DNA of 64,000 bases, from the NCBI GenBank assembly GCA_950097015.1, contig CATNEN010000008.1:2356001-2420000 (forward strand), read 5' to 3'. Below, one piece after another: positions 40,057 through 53,600 of this stretch. The first letter of the stretch is position 1; each line of letters begins with the position of its first letter. The DNA comes from Macrostomum hystrix. Taxonomy: Eukaryota; Animalia; Platyhelminthes. A program made the translations under genes and the position numbers. A model generated the notes under the pieces. The model was not told the origin of the DNA, made no database searches, and was given only the letters and a program-made list of their open reading frames with translations.

Positions 40057-40291
40057 CAATAGTTGCCTTCAAACCATACAAAATTACACTCTGTGCGCAT
40101 CTTGTTACACTTTGCTAAGCTTAAAATGAACGAGCATACCCTGCCACTCGCCTGGATTTGTCTATGGCCAAAACCTTGCTAAATCTGGTGGCAGAAAATA
40201 CGGCCTGGTTTAAGTCGGGCTAAGCAGGTTTAATTTATTTTATTCGTTGAAGAAATCGGCCTGATTCATTATCGAGAAAGGCTGGCGATTA

Positions 40292-41644
40292 TTGGCTGGC
40301 GAGAAAAGCATGCAGAGGATCTTCCCTGACAGCTCTCCGTGTTTGACAAGTTTGAATGTCATCGACCTTGGCGTGGATCTGAACCCGGTGCGGCAAAGGA
40401 TTCACGCCTGCAAACTGCGCTACCACCGCGAACTCTGGTCCATCATCTGCGATCAGGGCATTAGACCTGAGAAGCAAGAAGATCAGGGCATTAGACGTGA
40501 GAAGCAAGAAGATCAGGGCATTACACCTGAGAAGCAAGACGATCAGAGCATTACACCTGAGAAGCAAGAAGAGGGTGAGGAGGGCGAGGGCGCTGGGAAC
40601 GTCGATTTCGACAAGGAAGGTGAGGGAGAGGAGCTAGTCGGCGAAAACAACCAGAGCAATGCGCTGTGGAAACAGCGGCAGTGGAACAGCCGGCAGTGGA
40701 GGCCGAATAAGTGCAAAAAGCAGAGTGACGCCCTGATGAATAATTTCGCGTTTCCCTTGCCGAAAGGGACTCGCACCTTGGGCAGCGGCACATTTCAGAA
40801 TTCGATGCGTCTGGGAAGTCAGTTTGGATCGACGAACAACAAATCGCATAATCAGACCCCGATGACATCACAGATGCCACAACAGATGCCTGAGCAGATG
40901 CCACAACAGACGTCAGATCAAATGTCACAGCATGTGCCTCATCAGATGCCACAACCTTCTTGTATGTCGCAGCAGATGACACAGAAAATACCACAGCATT
41001 CTTGTATGCCACAGCAGATGCCACAACATTCTTGTATGCCACAGCAGATGCCACAACATTCTTGTATGTCACAGCAGATGCCACAACATACATGTATGTC
41101 ACAGCAGATGTCGCAAGAAATGTCACAAAAGCTGCGACAACAGATGCCACAACACATATCAGAGCAGATGCCACAGCGGATGCCTCCGCAGATGTCAAAA
41201 CAATTTTCGGAGCAGATGCCACAACTATTGTCTCATCAGATACCACAGCAGATGCCGCAAGAGAAGGCTGAGCAAATGCCAAAAAAGTTGTTACAGCAGT
41301 TTGAGCAGCCGCTGCCTGATACCGGCAGAGCCTCTCTGTCAAACCTTGAGTACAGAATGGTGCCAGCGAACAAATACAGTGTGGTTGGGCTCAGTGGCAC
41401 CAACACGGCTATCAGCAGCAGCGGCAACAGCTACAACTGTCGGACGAGCAGTGTCAGCAGCCGCAGCCGAGATCACCTGCGTGAGAAGCTGCCAATGTCT
41501 ACCAAGACAATCTCGGCCGAGGTAGATCACTGTTCCAAGGAAAGCACTTTCGTGCCCCTGCTCTGCGGCAACTGGAATTGCGCCCCGAAGTCTACCAAGA
41601 AAGAGTCTGGAACCAAGACTGTCTCCAGGAACAGGCACAGCTGA
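40292..41644 (+). CDS. Orphan ORF (450 aa) with Q/M/P-rich repeats; function unknown, possibly a large exon or element-borne gene
   Basis: 1.35 kb stop-free with GC-rich coding-like composition. Non-repetitive N-terminal segment, GIxPEKQEDQ x4, many QMPQ units with synonymous variation, Ser-rich tail. No family recognised. Confidence 0.45.
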   Translation: MAGEKSMQRIFPDSSPCLTSLNVIDLGVDLNPVRQRIHACKLRYHRELWSIICDQGIRPEKQEDQGIRREKQEDQGITPEKQDDQSITPEKQEEGEEGEGAGNVDFDKEGEGEELVGENNQSNALWKQRQWNSRQWRPNKCKKQSDALMNNFAFPLPKGTRTLGSGTFQNSMRLGSQFGSTNNKSHNQTPMTSQMPQQMPEQMPQQTSDQMSQHVPHQMPQPSCMSQQMTQKIPQHSCMPQQMPQHSCMPQQMPQHSCMSQQMPQHTCMSQQMSQEMSQKLRQQMPQHISEQMPQRMPPQMSKQFSEQMPQLLSHQIPQQMPQEKAEQMPKKLLQQFEQPLPDTGRASLSNLEYRMVPANKYSVVGLSGTNTAISSSGNSYNCRTSSVSSRSRDHLREKLPMSTKTISAEVDHCSKESTFVPLLCGNWNCAPKSTKKESGTKTVSRNRHS

Positions 41645-42351
41645 ATGCTCATTTTTTGTACTGAAAAGAAAACAATTCGCGAAAAATTGTGTTGGCTAAA
41701 TTTGCACCTCGCTTTCGTTTTTAAACTCACTGTAAGCTGTAGCTGTATACTACCTGGTATATCAGGCACAGCAACTGTACTTGTAACAGCAAGCTGCATG
41801 TGTAACCGCAACATTTTATTACCAAATATGACACTGACAGCAGAAAAAATATCGAATGCCCGGAAGTGAGTCCAGCGACTACGCTTCAGCTACTCGATTC
41901 AGTAGTGTCAGTTGTAAATTCTTCACAAATTTCCTGACTTCCTTTTATTTGACAAACGGTTGAAAATCTAACTTAGGGTGCGTTCGAGTAGCTTAAAATT
42001 ATTACTTAAACTAAACTTAAACTGCAGTTTAAGTTTAGTTTAACCTCTGTAATAAAACAAAAGCGAAACATAATAAATGTCGAAATAAAGTAAAAAGATT
42101 GAAGCTGAATGATTAAGTAGAATAAACGAATAATTAGTATTTACATTCTCGTCTTGAAATTGTGTAGTTTTGGTATCAGATGTACAGTAGCCGTACGCGC
42201 GCAAATTTGACATGCAAACTGGTACGCGTATTTTATTTAGAATGTGTAGTACACCCCAGTCCTTTCAAATACGCGTATATTAGCAAATGTGCGAAAATTA
42301 AATTATTAAAAGCAGTGATAGATAAAAGCCTCTTTAGTTTAAAAAATTATT

Positions 42352-42418
42352 GGCTTCTGGGATTCGAACCCAGTCCGCTCGATTGCGCAGAAAGTCGCTT
42401 ATCCATTATCCTCGGGCC
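42352..42418 (-). pseudogene. tRNA-like sequence inside the Harbinger MITE
   Basis: GGCCCGAGGATAATGG...CTGGGTTCGAATCCCAGAAGCC has a perfect T-arm (CTGGG/CCCAG around TTCGAAT) and an A-box-like start. Acceptor and anticodon arms pair poorly. Confidence 0.5.
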
Positions 42419-42822
42419 TGAATGAAGCTAGAAATCAAAAGAAAAAATATACGTGGTTAAAAATACTCATTTAAATGCAAATATCTTTGCTCTGAAGAAA
42501 CTGTGAGAGCTGTAACTGAAGTCATTCGATGCTAAATTAAAAGACGAATCCAGTGATATATTTCTTAGTAATTAAATAGAAACAATTAATTTCGACAGAA
42601 ACATTCATTTTTTTATAATTTAACATTTTACTTATTTCTGTACAAAAAATTTTACCGTTTCAACAAATTAAAACTGGGGATTTTTTCAGTACTTCAGGAG
42701 AAAAAATCTAAAAACTTTTTTGATCCTCTGAATTTCAGTACAACTACACGTGTACATCTTCATATACAGGCGAAGCAAGACAGTGAGTTCACACTAATTA
42801 AATAATATTATTAATATTCAAA

Positions 42823-43135
42823 GGACTCAACAGAGGTTTTAGCCTAGTGGTTAGGGCGTCGGACTCACGACTTGAAGGTCGGGGGTTCGATTCCCGACTC
42901 CACTGAAACAATTTGTGTCCTTTAGCAAGACACTTAACTCTGCATTGCTTCAGTTCACCCAGCTGTTAAATGGGTACCAGCATCAGCTGGGATAATTGAA
43001 GGTGGGTGTGGCGTCCCCCCAGTCCATGGACTGAACAGCTGTACGCAGCCTTCAGATGCGCCGCGCAATAGCTGCGGCTGTGCTGTCGGCTGCACATCTG
43101 GCCCGATTGGGGCAGGTGTAATCAAAAAAAAAAAT
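42823..43135 (+). mobile_element. tRNA-derived SINE (Nin/Deu-like core), full length, nested in the Harbinger MITE
   Basis: A box TAGCCTAGTGG, B box GGTTCGATTCC, core GTGTCCTTTAGCAAGACACTT...AAATGGGTACC, poly-A tail, 12-bp TSD TTAATATTCAAA (42811-42822, 43136-43147). Confidence 0.92.
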
Positions 43136-44199
43136 TTAATATTCAAATTAAAATACGCGAAAGTTCGAATGTCAAATTTGTGCGCATACGGCTACTGTAC
43201 ATCTGATACCAAAACTACACAATTTCAAGACGAGAATGTGAAGACTAATTATTCGTTTATTCTACTTAATCATTCAGCTTCAATATTTTTTCTTTCTTTC
43301 GACATTTATTCTGTTTAGGTTTTGTTTTAATAAAGAGGTTAAAATGAACTTAAACTGCAGTTCATTCAGTTTAGTTTAGTTTAGTTTAGTTTAAGTCATT
43401 TTAAGCTACTCGAACGCACCCTTAATCTCGCACATTAGACTATGGTCGGAAGTAGTGTATCGGAAAGACTTTAGACCATAGACTATATCTTCTAGGCATC
43501 CGTTTGGTTGAAAAAAATCACGGACTATTGTCGTTGTCTATGTCCGAACCCCCCATTCAACGAGTGTTGAGATTGTTCCAGATCGTTTGCATCGTTTTCC
43601 TTCCGATATCAGGCATATGAGATCTGGGTTCGGTTGGGGATGGATACTTGTGACTGTCTTACGTGCGAGCAGACATCCAGTGTATAATCCCATTTTCCCA
43701 TTTTCCCAATCATCAGACAAAGCCAGCCAATAGGATAAGAGATCCCCAACCCGCCCCAACGCCCCCCAGTCGAGGCCCAACAAAGTTTTGCGGCGGTTTC
43801 CACTACAAAAAGGGAGCATGGAGACGCAGGGAAATTATTCCCCTATAGCTTCTACGGGGTTTTGGATTGTCTCCCCCCGGCATCCCAGCCGAACCCGTCG
43901 TCTGCAGCATCGTCCAGTTTGACTGACACTCGCTAGCCGATTGTTGATATAACACAGTGGGAGCGGTAGAATTTTTTTAGAAATACAAAAGCCACGGAGA
44001 AACGCAAAATAATTGTCCTTGGTGTTCCATCGCACTTGAAAGTCAACAGCCATTGAACTGTTTACCTTAGTTGGTTAGTAAGCAGTGTGCAATATATATC
44101 TGTGTGTGATGACGACTCACCATTCCGCACTACAGATTACTGGGTAAGTCCCACTAAATTATGATTATATACAATTGGTCCTCGATTTCACAAACCTCA

Positions 44200-44850
44200 C
44201 CAGGGAATCCCTAGTCATCGATTGAGTAAATTTAGGACCTCTGGTCCTCGATGGGGGTAACTGAAGGGCATCTGGTCCTCGATAGGGTAAATGTAGGACC
44301 ACTGGTCCACGACTGAGTAAACGTAGGACCACTGGTCCTAGACTGAGTAAATGTAGGACCTCTGGTCCTCTATAGTGTAAATTTAGGACCTCTGGTCCTC
44401 TATAGTGTAAATTTAGGACCTCTGGTCCTCTATAGTGTAAATTTAGGACCTCTGGTCCTCTATAGTGTAAATTTAGGACCTCTGGTCCTCTATAGGGTAA
44501 ATTTAGGACCTCTGGTCCTCTATAGGGTAAATGCATGTCCACTGGTCCTCGATTGAGTAAATGTAGGACCACTGGCCCTCTATAGGGTAAATGTGGGAAC
44601 ACTGCTCCTCTATAGAGTAAATTTAGGACCTCTTGTCCTCGTTGGGTAAATGTAGGACCTCTGGTCCTCGATGTAAATGTAGGACCTCTGGTCCTCGATG
44701 TAAATGTAGGACCTCTGGTCCTCGATGTAAATGTAGGACCTCTGGTCCTCGATGTAAATGTAGGACCTCTGGTCCTCGATGTAAATGTAGGACCTCTGGT
44801 CCTTGATAGAGTAAATTTAGGACCTCTGGTCCTCTATGGAGTAAATGTAT
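44200..44850. repeat. 30/26-bp minisatellite
   Basis: AGGACCTCTGGTCCTCTATAGTGTAAATTT units, with an internal AGGACC/GGTCCT palindrome. Confidence 0.92.
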
Positions 44851-47625
44851 AACCTCCGGCTCCCGAGAGCTTGATACTTTGAACCCCAGAAACGCAAAAG
44901 ACGGAGATTACATGTACGCTATAAAAAGAAAAGCAAGAAAAATAAGTAGCAACACTTCTCCTCACTTCTAAATGCGAGCAGAAATCCAAAACCAGTGCCG
45001 TCCAAAGCTGTTTCTACATTTCTAGTCCGCTAGATGAAATTTGACGCCTCACCTAAAATAACTAACTTCGATAGAAGTAAACCAGCGATGCATTAGTAGA
45101 AATGCAAAAAGGTCAAGTTATTGCTTGCCTGTCCACTGCCTGCACAGTTCGATACGAAATCATTTCAGCCCATCCACCCACCCCACTCCGCTAATGCATG
45201 CATTTTCGAATCTGGTCAGCGACCCCCCGCTGTGAGCTGATCTCCGGCTTTTGCGTACGCGTGCACCAGAATATCCCAGATGTTTTAACAAAAGCTTTCA
45301 TTGGTCTCGCACTAAAACATGTAGTGTATTTGAGTCTAGGTACTCCCTTCCTCCCCTAGTTACCGAGTTACTCAAAATAATCGGCCTGTGTGCCGGGCTC
45401 CTCTCTGTTGAGCTCTCTGAAATGCAAAGTGAAAATCTAAAATGCTAATTTTCTCTTAGAATTCCAGACCCTCAAACTAATGCCTTTAATCCGACGAAAA
45501 AAGTTTTCGCTTTCCTGTGACACGCTATCAGCAATTATCTTCTGCTCCAGGAATTTTCAGCGCCATCGTGTCCGCCTTGCCGTATCAATTATTTAATTTC
45601 AAATGTAGACAAGAATCCTCTCATCTTAATTGCTGATTATCCTAGCAAGCCGTGAAGGCCAATTGGACTGTAAAGCAATAACCAAAGTGGTGGGCAGTCT
45701 GTGCGGTCACTCAAATTCAAATTATGAAAACAAGCCGCTGAGAAAGGGATATTATGGGTCTGAGCAGGCTGGCAATTTCTGACATGTGCCAGACAGGTGA
45801 ACCTTGATTGCATTTACAGCGGCTTGTAACCCGCTGGATGCAGGCGGCACCTGAATCACTGAAGTATGAAAGGGAGACGGAGGGGGTGCAGCAGGAGACA
45901 GACAGGGACAGACCGCCCGACTGGAGCCGCCCGGCAAGCTGAGGATTTCAGGGATTTTCGCATGGCCAGCTGTTGAAGCCCTATCTAGTAAGTTATACAT
46001 TAGTAGGCTGGGATTTGTGAATCGGGGACTGGGTGAGTTGAAGAACTAAGACGTAGCGGTCGAGATGCTTATCGGGGCTAACTGGGGGGGATTCTAGAAA
46101 TCGCTGGGAAGGTTACAATTGTAACCAGGGATAAAAAAGTGTCGCTTGGTTGAATATGGAAGCCATAAAAAAGTTATGGTCACTATTTTTTTCTTTCTTA
46201 CTTTACTTCTGTCTGAGAAAGCGTTCACCGTTTTAGTTATTTTCTGTTGAGCATGTTGGGATAAAACAAAACCGTAGGATTAATCAGCTTCAGGGAAAAC
46301 GTTTAGTGAAAGTGAAATGAACAAATCCTTAGCCCCCAATATGCAGTCAGTGTGGGAGTGTACACTGCCTGAAAATAAGAAATCAAGCCAGATGTACATC
46401 CCTATGCGAGTGCTTCCTGCGTTATTTATTTTTTGTTATAATTTGGATCTGATTTAGCTGTCCCAATTAGTTCTCATGGGAGACGGTGGGAGATGAGTTT
46501 AGTACCGAGTTCAACCTGCCCCCTCTCCCGAGGGGCAAGTCTGCAAAACTATATCGAAGAGAATGAGTAGTGGGGAGAGCTCTGAAATCAGCGATAAGAC
46601 ACAGTCTGAAATGCCCCCGCGGCACTGAAGCACTTCAGTCAGTCATCGACTCAACCGGTGGAAGGGCCCGGGCGAGGCTGAGTAGTGTGTCCGAGAATTA
46701 TGCAGCCAAAATCCATAATCCCGGATGCCCGGTTCCCAATCCTTGGGTCTAGATCCCCATCCCGGGCTCTCATATCCTCTTTAACTGATCCCTGAGATTT
46801 TTTCTGGGAAATCGAGAGATAGAAGAGAGTGGGCGGGTGAGTGAGTGAGCGGGTTGGGAGCCATTAACAAAATCAATAAATCAGGCTAAAGGAGGCGACC
46901 ATACTTCCCCCTTCCCCGCGGCTCAGTGGGCATTTTGCGCGGACCCGCCGGCGCTGAAAACTTGGTGTAAAAGATAAATGGGATATTTTTCTTAGCGACG
47001 GGATAGTAAAAAAAGAGGGATGCTTGGATCTCAAGCCAAATGCTGCTCAAACTCCCCCCGGATCATAATTTAGCGGCTACCCCCCCCCTGCCGCCTAGAC
47101 AGACACTAATGAGACCGAGGAAATGTCTGACACGCACACACAAAGTAGCAAAGTTAAAAGACATAAACATGGCGACAAAAATAGCGGCTAGGCTGTGTTA
47201 TTGGTAGGGGAAAAACTGCAAGGAAAGAATGAAAAGTAGGCACTGCTGCTGATCTCCATTGTACTCTACTCTCTATCCTAGTCTCTACCCTACACTCTCT
47301 ATGCTCTGCTCTCTGTTCTCTACTCTCTACTCTCTACTCTCTACGCTCTAGTCCTTACTCTCTAATCTCTACCTTTTACTCTCTACCTACCTCTAGTTTC
47401 TACCTCTCTCCCTGCTCTCCAGCACCGTGCTGTCTCAGAAGGCAATCTGGACCTATTTGAAAATCTATCTGTCTGCAAATGTCTGCAGGAAATTCGGTAA
47501 AAGCAAATAAATGGGATAGCTGAATGCAATGTGACTGTGGGAAGCCAGACTTCACAGAGGCACCGCCTGTTGGAGACGGTTGGGGATCGGATGAGACAAG
47601 AAATTTAATTTGTAACCCGAAGCTG

Positions 47626-50600
47626 ATGAAGTAAGTCAACTAGCGCCCAGATCCCAGATCGGATCACGATCATCATCGTGACAGAGGACTCCGCAGAGAT
47701 CTTGGCGAGGGTTGAGCAGGGAGCGAGCGGGAATCCTCACAGATGGGCTGATAAAGACAGGCGGGAATCAACTCGTTAAGGAGCTGCTGCTGGTGCAGCT
47801 GGGGAGAGACAGGGGGATCAGCGGTCACGCTGGGCGCCTGGCAACAATCCTCTGGGGCTAACGGGCTGATCCTCGAAATTGCCATTTTTTCATTTGATGA
47901 AGAAAGGAGAGAGAGAGGGGTGGGGCGTGTGTTCCATGCCCCAGCATCCAATATATTGCGTTACACATACATATATTATATTCTTTCTCTTTATCTTGTG
48001 TCATGTCTCAGATGCTTTTACTACCACAGGCCGGTAACAAGAATGAGAGAGAAATGGCAGAAATAGGCAGCCAAAACACATCGCGGGGAGAAAACATTTT
48101 TTTCGAGTTCGTCTCGCCTCCATAGTGGAACAGGCATTCGCGAGGTTAGCTTGAACACGTCATTAGCAGGTGGGAGGACAATTTTGAAACAGGCCCTGAT
48201 TAATTTCTGCTTCGGGCGATTGAGAAGTATAACAAAGATAATAGTGCATTTTTAGTGCAACGTAGCTTTTAAAGTAGCTCGTACAACCGATTTAATTCTT
48301 ATATAGTCTTCACTATTCATTTGGACACTTATTTTAAAGCTTGTAGCTTATAGGCAATGGTTTAACAATGATGCATTCCGAATATCACATTATTCTTTTT
48401 TGCTGTCCTAAAATATTGAACTGATCGCCATGAAAATTCAGAACATTGGGCTAAAAATGTCGCACAATCCGATGAAACCACATCCAAAATCACAAAACAA
48501 CAAAATATCGGCAAAGTCGAGATATTCAACGATTTTAGTCGGTGTGACTGGTGGCAAAAACCACCATATAGGCTTTTATTGTTGAGTTTATACAAGAGCA
48601 ATGTTAGTAGGCAGCGCGTGGTCTTTCTACTGTAAAAGCTTTGGACTTACGACAGAGCCGTCACCTCAAGAGAAGCTTTAGAAAGTGTGACAACCTACCC
48701 CCAGTCCATGGACTAAACAGTTTTTGTACACACCCTTTGAATCCATTCTAAATTTCTCCGGCGATTCTGTCACCACAGACTGTCAGCCCAGCCCGTCTGT
48801 CTGATCATCTCGCTGTTCGTCCTGCTGTCGCTGCTCCCGCCGCAGCCGCCAACAGCCGCCGCCCAGGAGCTGCTGGTCGTCGACGTCCCTGAGGGCGCGC
48901 CCGCCGGCACCCTGGTAGCCAACCTGACGGCCCTCAGCGGCGGCAGACGGACAGACTTCTCGCTGTTGAATTCGCGGACCGACGGTCGAGTGTTTCGCCT
49001 GTCTGCGGACAGTCGCGGCGACTCCTTGATTCTGGCGTCGATGCCACTCAGCCGCCAGGAGGTCATCCGGCATCTGCAGTGCAGTGGCTGCAGCGCAGAA
49101 GACGACGCAGTCCCCGCCTCGGCTGCCAGCGACGATGACGCCGTCGCCGACGCCGACGCCGCGGGTCCTGACGTCGGCGACGCGGACTGGCCGGCCTGCC
49201 AGTGCCCGGTGCTGCTGCGGGCCGGTCCCGCCCAGCTACTGACGCTGCGCATCCGCCTGCAGCCCAGGAACAATCACCCGCCAGAGTTTGTTCGGGTCGG
49301 AGTTGTCGGCGCTCTGGCCGGAGCTCCGGTCAGCGAGGCCGCCTTGTCGCTAAGCGAACAGCTCGAAGTCAACAGCTCAACTGCGACTAGCCTGCCGGTG
49401 GCGGCTTTGGATCGAGACTCTGCCCGATTCGGTCTGCGCAGATTCCACATTCGGCCTCTGCTGGCTAACGACACCGAGGCTGTCGGGCTGTTCGAACTGG
49501 CTCACCGACGTCCGCCGGGCAGGCGTCGACAGAAACTGGCGCTCCGACTGTTGAAGCCGCTGGACCGCGAGCGGAGGGACGAGTACCGCCTGCTGCTGAC
49601 TGCCGCCGACGCTGGCGAACCGTCACTGACTGGCAGCCTCACCCTGACTGTGTCCGTGCTGGACGAGAACGACAACCGTCCTGCCTGGCAGCCCGGACTG
49701 GCCTGGAGTGTCAACGTGTCCGAATCCGCGCCCGACGGCCAGACGGTGACTCGGCTCCGCGCCGTCGACCCGGACGCCGGTGCCAACGGCCGGGTTGTCT
49801 ACCTGCTGGATGAGTCGCGAGCCAGTCTGGAGACATTGCGCAATTTCGAGGTGGACCCGGCCAGCGGCGAGGTCCGCCTAAGGCGCGGTGCCCGACTCGA
49901 CTACGAGCGGACGAAGGCTTACCGGGTGCCTGTGCTGGTGCGAGACCAGGGCCCAGCGCCGAAGCACGCGGAGGGCGAGGTGGCTGTGCGACTGTTGGAC
50001 GAGAACGACGAGGCGCCGAGCATTACTGTGCACCCGCTGGGTGAGAACTGGAGCGGATAAGATGACAGGGAGGGGCGGATAAGATGACAGGGAGGGGCGG
50101 ATAAGATGACAGGGAGGGGCGGATAAGATGACAGGGAGGGGCGGAGAAGATGAGAGGGAGGGGCGGATATAGATAGCAGAAGTGGCGGATCGTAAAAATA
50201 ACTAGCGATGGATTTAGAAACATCAGTAGAGGCGGGGCGGATGTGGTGGCGAACTAGGAAGCAGATCAGGGGCGGATCAGGGGCGGACCAGGGGGCGGAT
50301 CAAGGTACACAAACTGCAGAATGCAAATCTGAGAACTGAAATTAATGCAAAGATCAATTAGGACTTCTTAATATGTCAAAATATTTTAAGCCAACTCAAA
50401 CATCGCAGGAGACAACCAGCAGCAGCATCAGCAGCAGCCTGGACGGCCGCGTCCACCAGTCCGCCGGGAGGACTGCTCGGTGTCGGAAAATCGGCCCTCA
50501 GGCGAAGCGGCCTGCTTCCTATTGGCCGCTGACAGGGACTCCGGCGTCAACGCCATTGTCAACTGCAGCCTGCAGGCCACTGATGGCGACGAAACCGCAG

Positions 50601-53600
50601 GCGGCTTCCGGCTCAGCCTGCAGAGCCGCATGGAGCGTCAGGTGGGTACCCATTGGTACGCACCCGCCCTCTGCCACTCTCATCCGCCGCCGGCGGATTC
50701 TCCTCATCTACCCCCTCGGCTCTCCCCATCCGCCCCTGAACCCATCAAATCGGCTCTCAAATCTAACAACCAAACCCCGCCAGGTTGCCTACCAGCTGGT
50801 GACCACCCGCCCTCTGGATCGCGAGTCACTCCCTGGCGGCTCCGCTTCCGTGCTTATTATTTGCCGCGACTTCGGAACTCCGTCGAGGCAGACAGCTCGT
50901 CGTCTTCGGGTGGCCGTCCTGGACGAGAACGACAACGCGCCGAACTTCAGCAGGCCGCTGTTTCGCCTGCAGCTGGCCGAGGAGCTCGAACCCGGGACCG
51001 TTATCGGCCGGGTTGATGCCGCGGACGCAGACGAATGGCCTCTCTTGAACTACTCGATGGCGCCGAGTGCCGGCTCCGAGGCGTCCGATCTCGTCAGTGT
51101 CGAGTCGGATAGCGGCCTAATGAAGTCGCGGGTTCGATTCGATCGAGAACAGCGGGATCGATATCAGTTTCAGGTGATTTCGATGAACTCAGGGCGACCA
51201 CTCTGAGTAACGGAGCACCTGAGCTCGATTCCCTTTGGGGGCTTTGAGGGGCTTGTGCTGCCATTTTGGACAGATGTACACACCTGTGTGAATGTGTGCT
51301 CAGGGATCAGGGTGCGTGGCTGTGAGTAGACTGTTGGCAAAAAAACCCGTAAATATATGTCAATCAATCAATCCATCAATCAAACCGCTCAGGTTTTAGC
51401 CTTTGACGGCATTCACACGGCCACAGCCGACGTCGAGCTGACCATCACTGACGTCAACGATCACGCGCCGGAGTGGGTGGTCGGGCCTCTCGAGGACAGC
51501 TCGCCGCAGCTGCAGGTTCTCGAGAACTCGCCAGCCAATACGCCAGTCGGCCGGGTCTCGGCCATAGACAGGGACGCCGGCGACAACGGCCGGGTTGCCT
51601 ATCGCCTGGAGCCGCACGGCTCCGCCAGACAGTTCGGCGTTAGACCCGACGGCGAGGTCTACGTTGTCGCCGGCGGCGGTCTAGAATTGGATCGCGAGCG
51701 CACCCCGACGCTGCCTTTGAAAGTTGTCGCCTTCGACCTCGGTCGGCCGAATCGTCGGCAGAATATCACCCGGCTGACGGTGACCCTCTTGGACGAGAAC
51801 GACAACTCGCCGCGGCTGCTATTCCCCAGCTTCGCCAACAATCGCGTCGGCGTCTCCTGCCGCCTGCCAGTCGGTGGCTGGGTGGCCCAGCTGCTGGCTA
51901 ACGACTCCGACGAGGGCGACAACGCGCGCCTGACCTTCGACCTCGTCAATGGACCGTGGCGCGAGCACTTTGCCGTGGATCCAATCAGCGGCAACTTGAC
52001 CTTGCTCAAGCCGCTCCGATGCGGCGGGTCGCGGGATCGAATCTCGTTGCGCGTGTCGGTCAGGGACAACGGCAGATCGCCGAGGTCCACAGCAGGCACG
52101 CTGTTCATCGACACGGAGGATCCTCCGCCGCCGACTCCGCCGGTGGCACCGCCTTTGTCGCCGCTGGCGCCGCAGACGCCGCGCGATCGGCCAGGCTGGA
52201 GGGCTGGCGGCGACTTGACAGGCGAAGGCGGTGGAATCGGCGGCGGAGGCGCCGGCGGCAGCGGCTACTGGGGCGCGGATCCGGGCCTGGCAGCCGTGCT
52301 CTGCCTCATCGCTGCGACGCTCATTCTGACGGGCATTTTGGCCTTCGCCGTCTGCCTGTTGCGTCGACGGGCTACGGGGCGAGGACCCGAGGGTGAGTTT
52401 CAAGATCCTAGATCTTAAATTCCAGATTCTTAAATCCCAGATTCTGAAATCCCAGTTTCTTAAATCTCAGTTTCTTAAATCCCAGTTTCTTAAATCCCAG
52501 TTTCTTAAATCCCAGTTTCTTAAATCCCAGTTTCTTAAATCCCAGATTCTTAAATTCCAGTTTCTTAAATCCCAGTTTCTTAAATCCCAGTTTCTTAAAT
52601 CCCAGTTTCTCAAATCCCAGTTTCTTAAATTCCAGTTTCTTAAATCCCTGTTTCTTAAATCCCAGTTTCTTAAATCCCAGTTTCTTAAATCCCAGTTTCT
52701 TAAATCCCAGTTTCTTAAATCCCAGTTTCTTAAATCTCAGTTTCTTAAATCCCAGTTTCTTAAGTCCCAGATTCTTAAGTCCCAGATTCTTAAATCTCAG
52801 TTTCTTAAATCCCAGTTTCCTAAATCCCAGTTTCTTAAATCCTAGATTCTTAAATCCCAGTTTCTTTAATCCCAGATTCTGAAATCCAAGATTCCTAAAT
52901 CCCAGATTCTGAAATCCTAGATTCCTAAATCCCAGTTTCCTAAATCCCAGATTCTGAAATCCTAGATTCCTAAATCCCAGTTTCTTAAATCCCAGATTCT
53001 TTAATCCCAGTTTCTTTAATCCCAGATTCTTAAATCCCAGATTTTTTATTATTATTAATTTCCAGATTCTTAAATCCCACATTATATAAATCTCAGATTA
53101 TATAAATACCTGATTCCTGAGGCCCATATTTCCAAATCCCAGATTACATAAATGTTGTCCGGTCATGTAAAATTATATAATCACAGTTCCTATCTTAATT
53201 AATCTTAATCCCGATGCAGTCTGTTTGTATGACCCAACTGCTTTTAACTGTATGACAAGCATAGGAAGTCAAGCCATCGTCTGTTCGTCCATCTGAAACA
53301 ACATGGGCATTGTGGCTCAGGACACAGAAATAGAAACGTGACAATTTTCGGCATCATTGCAGTTTTTGCCACTAATTTGCTCCTCTATTCGCACCAAACA
53401 AAGAACAGACTGGCACAATAGTCACAGAAAACTGCTGCATGCTTCAGGGTGGGAAAACAGCACGATACACCAACCACCTAGCAGTGTCAGCCGTCAAGTC
53501 ACACGGGTGGGATGGATGAGGTTCTGCCTGTCCGCTAGGAAACCAGCAGAATTCCTCGATTTCACATGAGGTCAAGCTGGTCAAACTTGACTTTGTGCAT

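Larger units (their letters stand above)
41976..43421. mobile_element. PIF/Harbinger-type MITE with long (about 250-bp) TIRs
   Basis: Ends GGGTGCGTTCGAGTAGCTTAAAAT / ATTTTAAGCTACTCGAACGCACCC. TTA TSD on both sides (41973-41975, 43422-43424). Arms are complementary from about 41976-42240 to about 43145-43421. Confidence 0.9.

Noticed and set aside
52393-53082. FLKSQ / KKLGF repeat ORFs
   Set aside because: 15-bp array beginning after a consensus GTGAGT donor.
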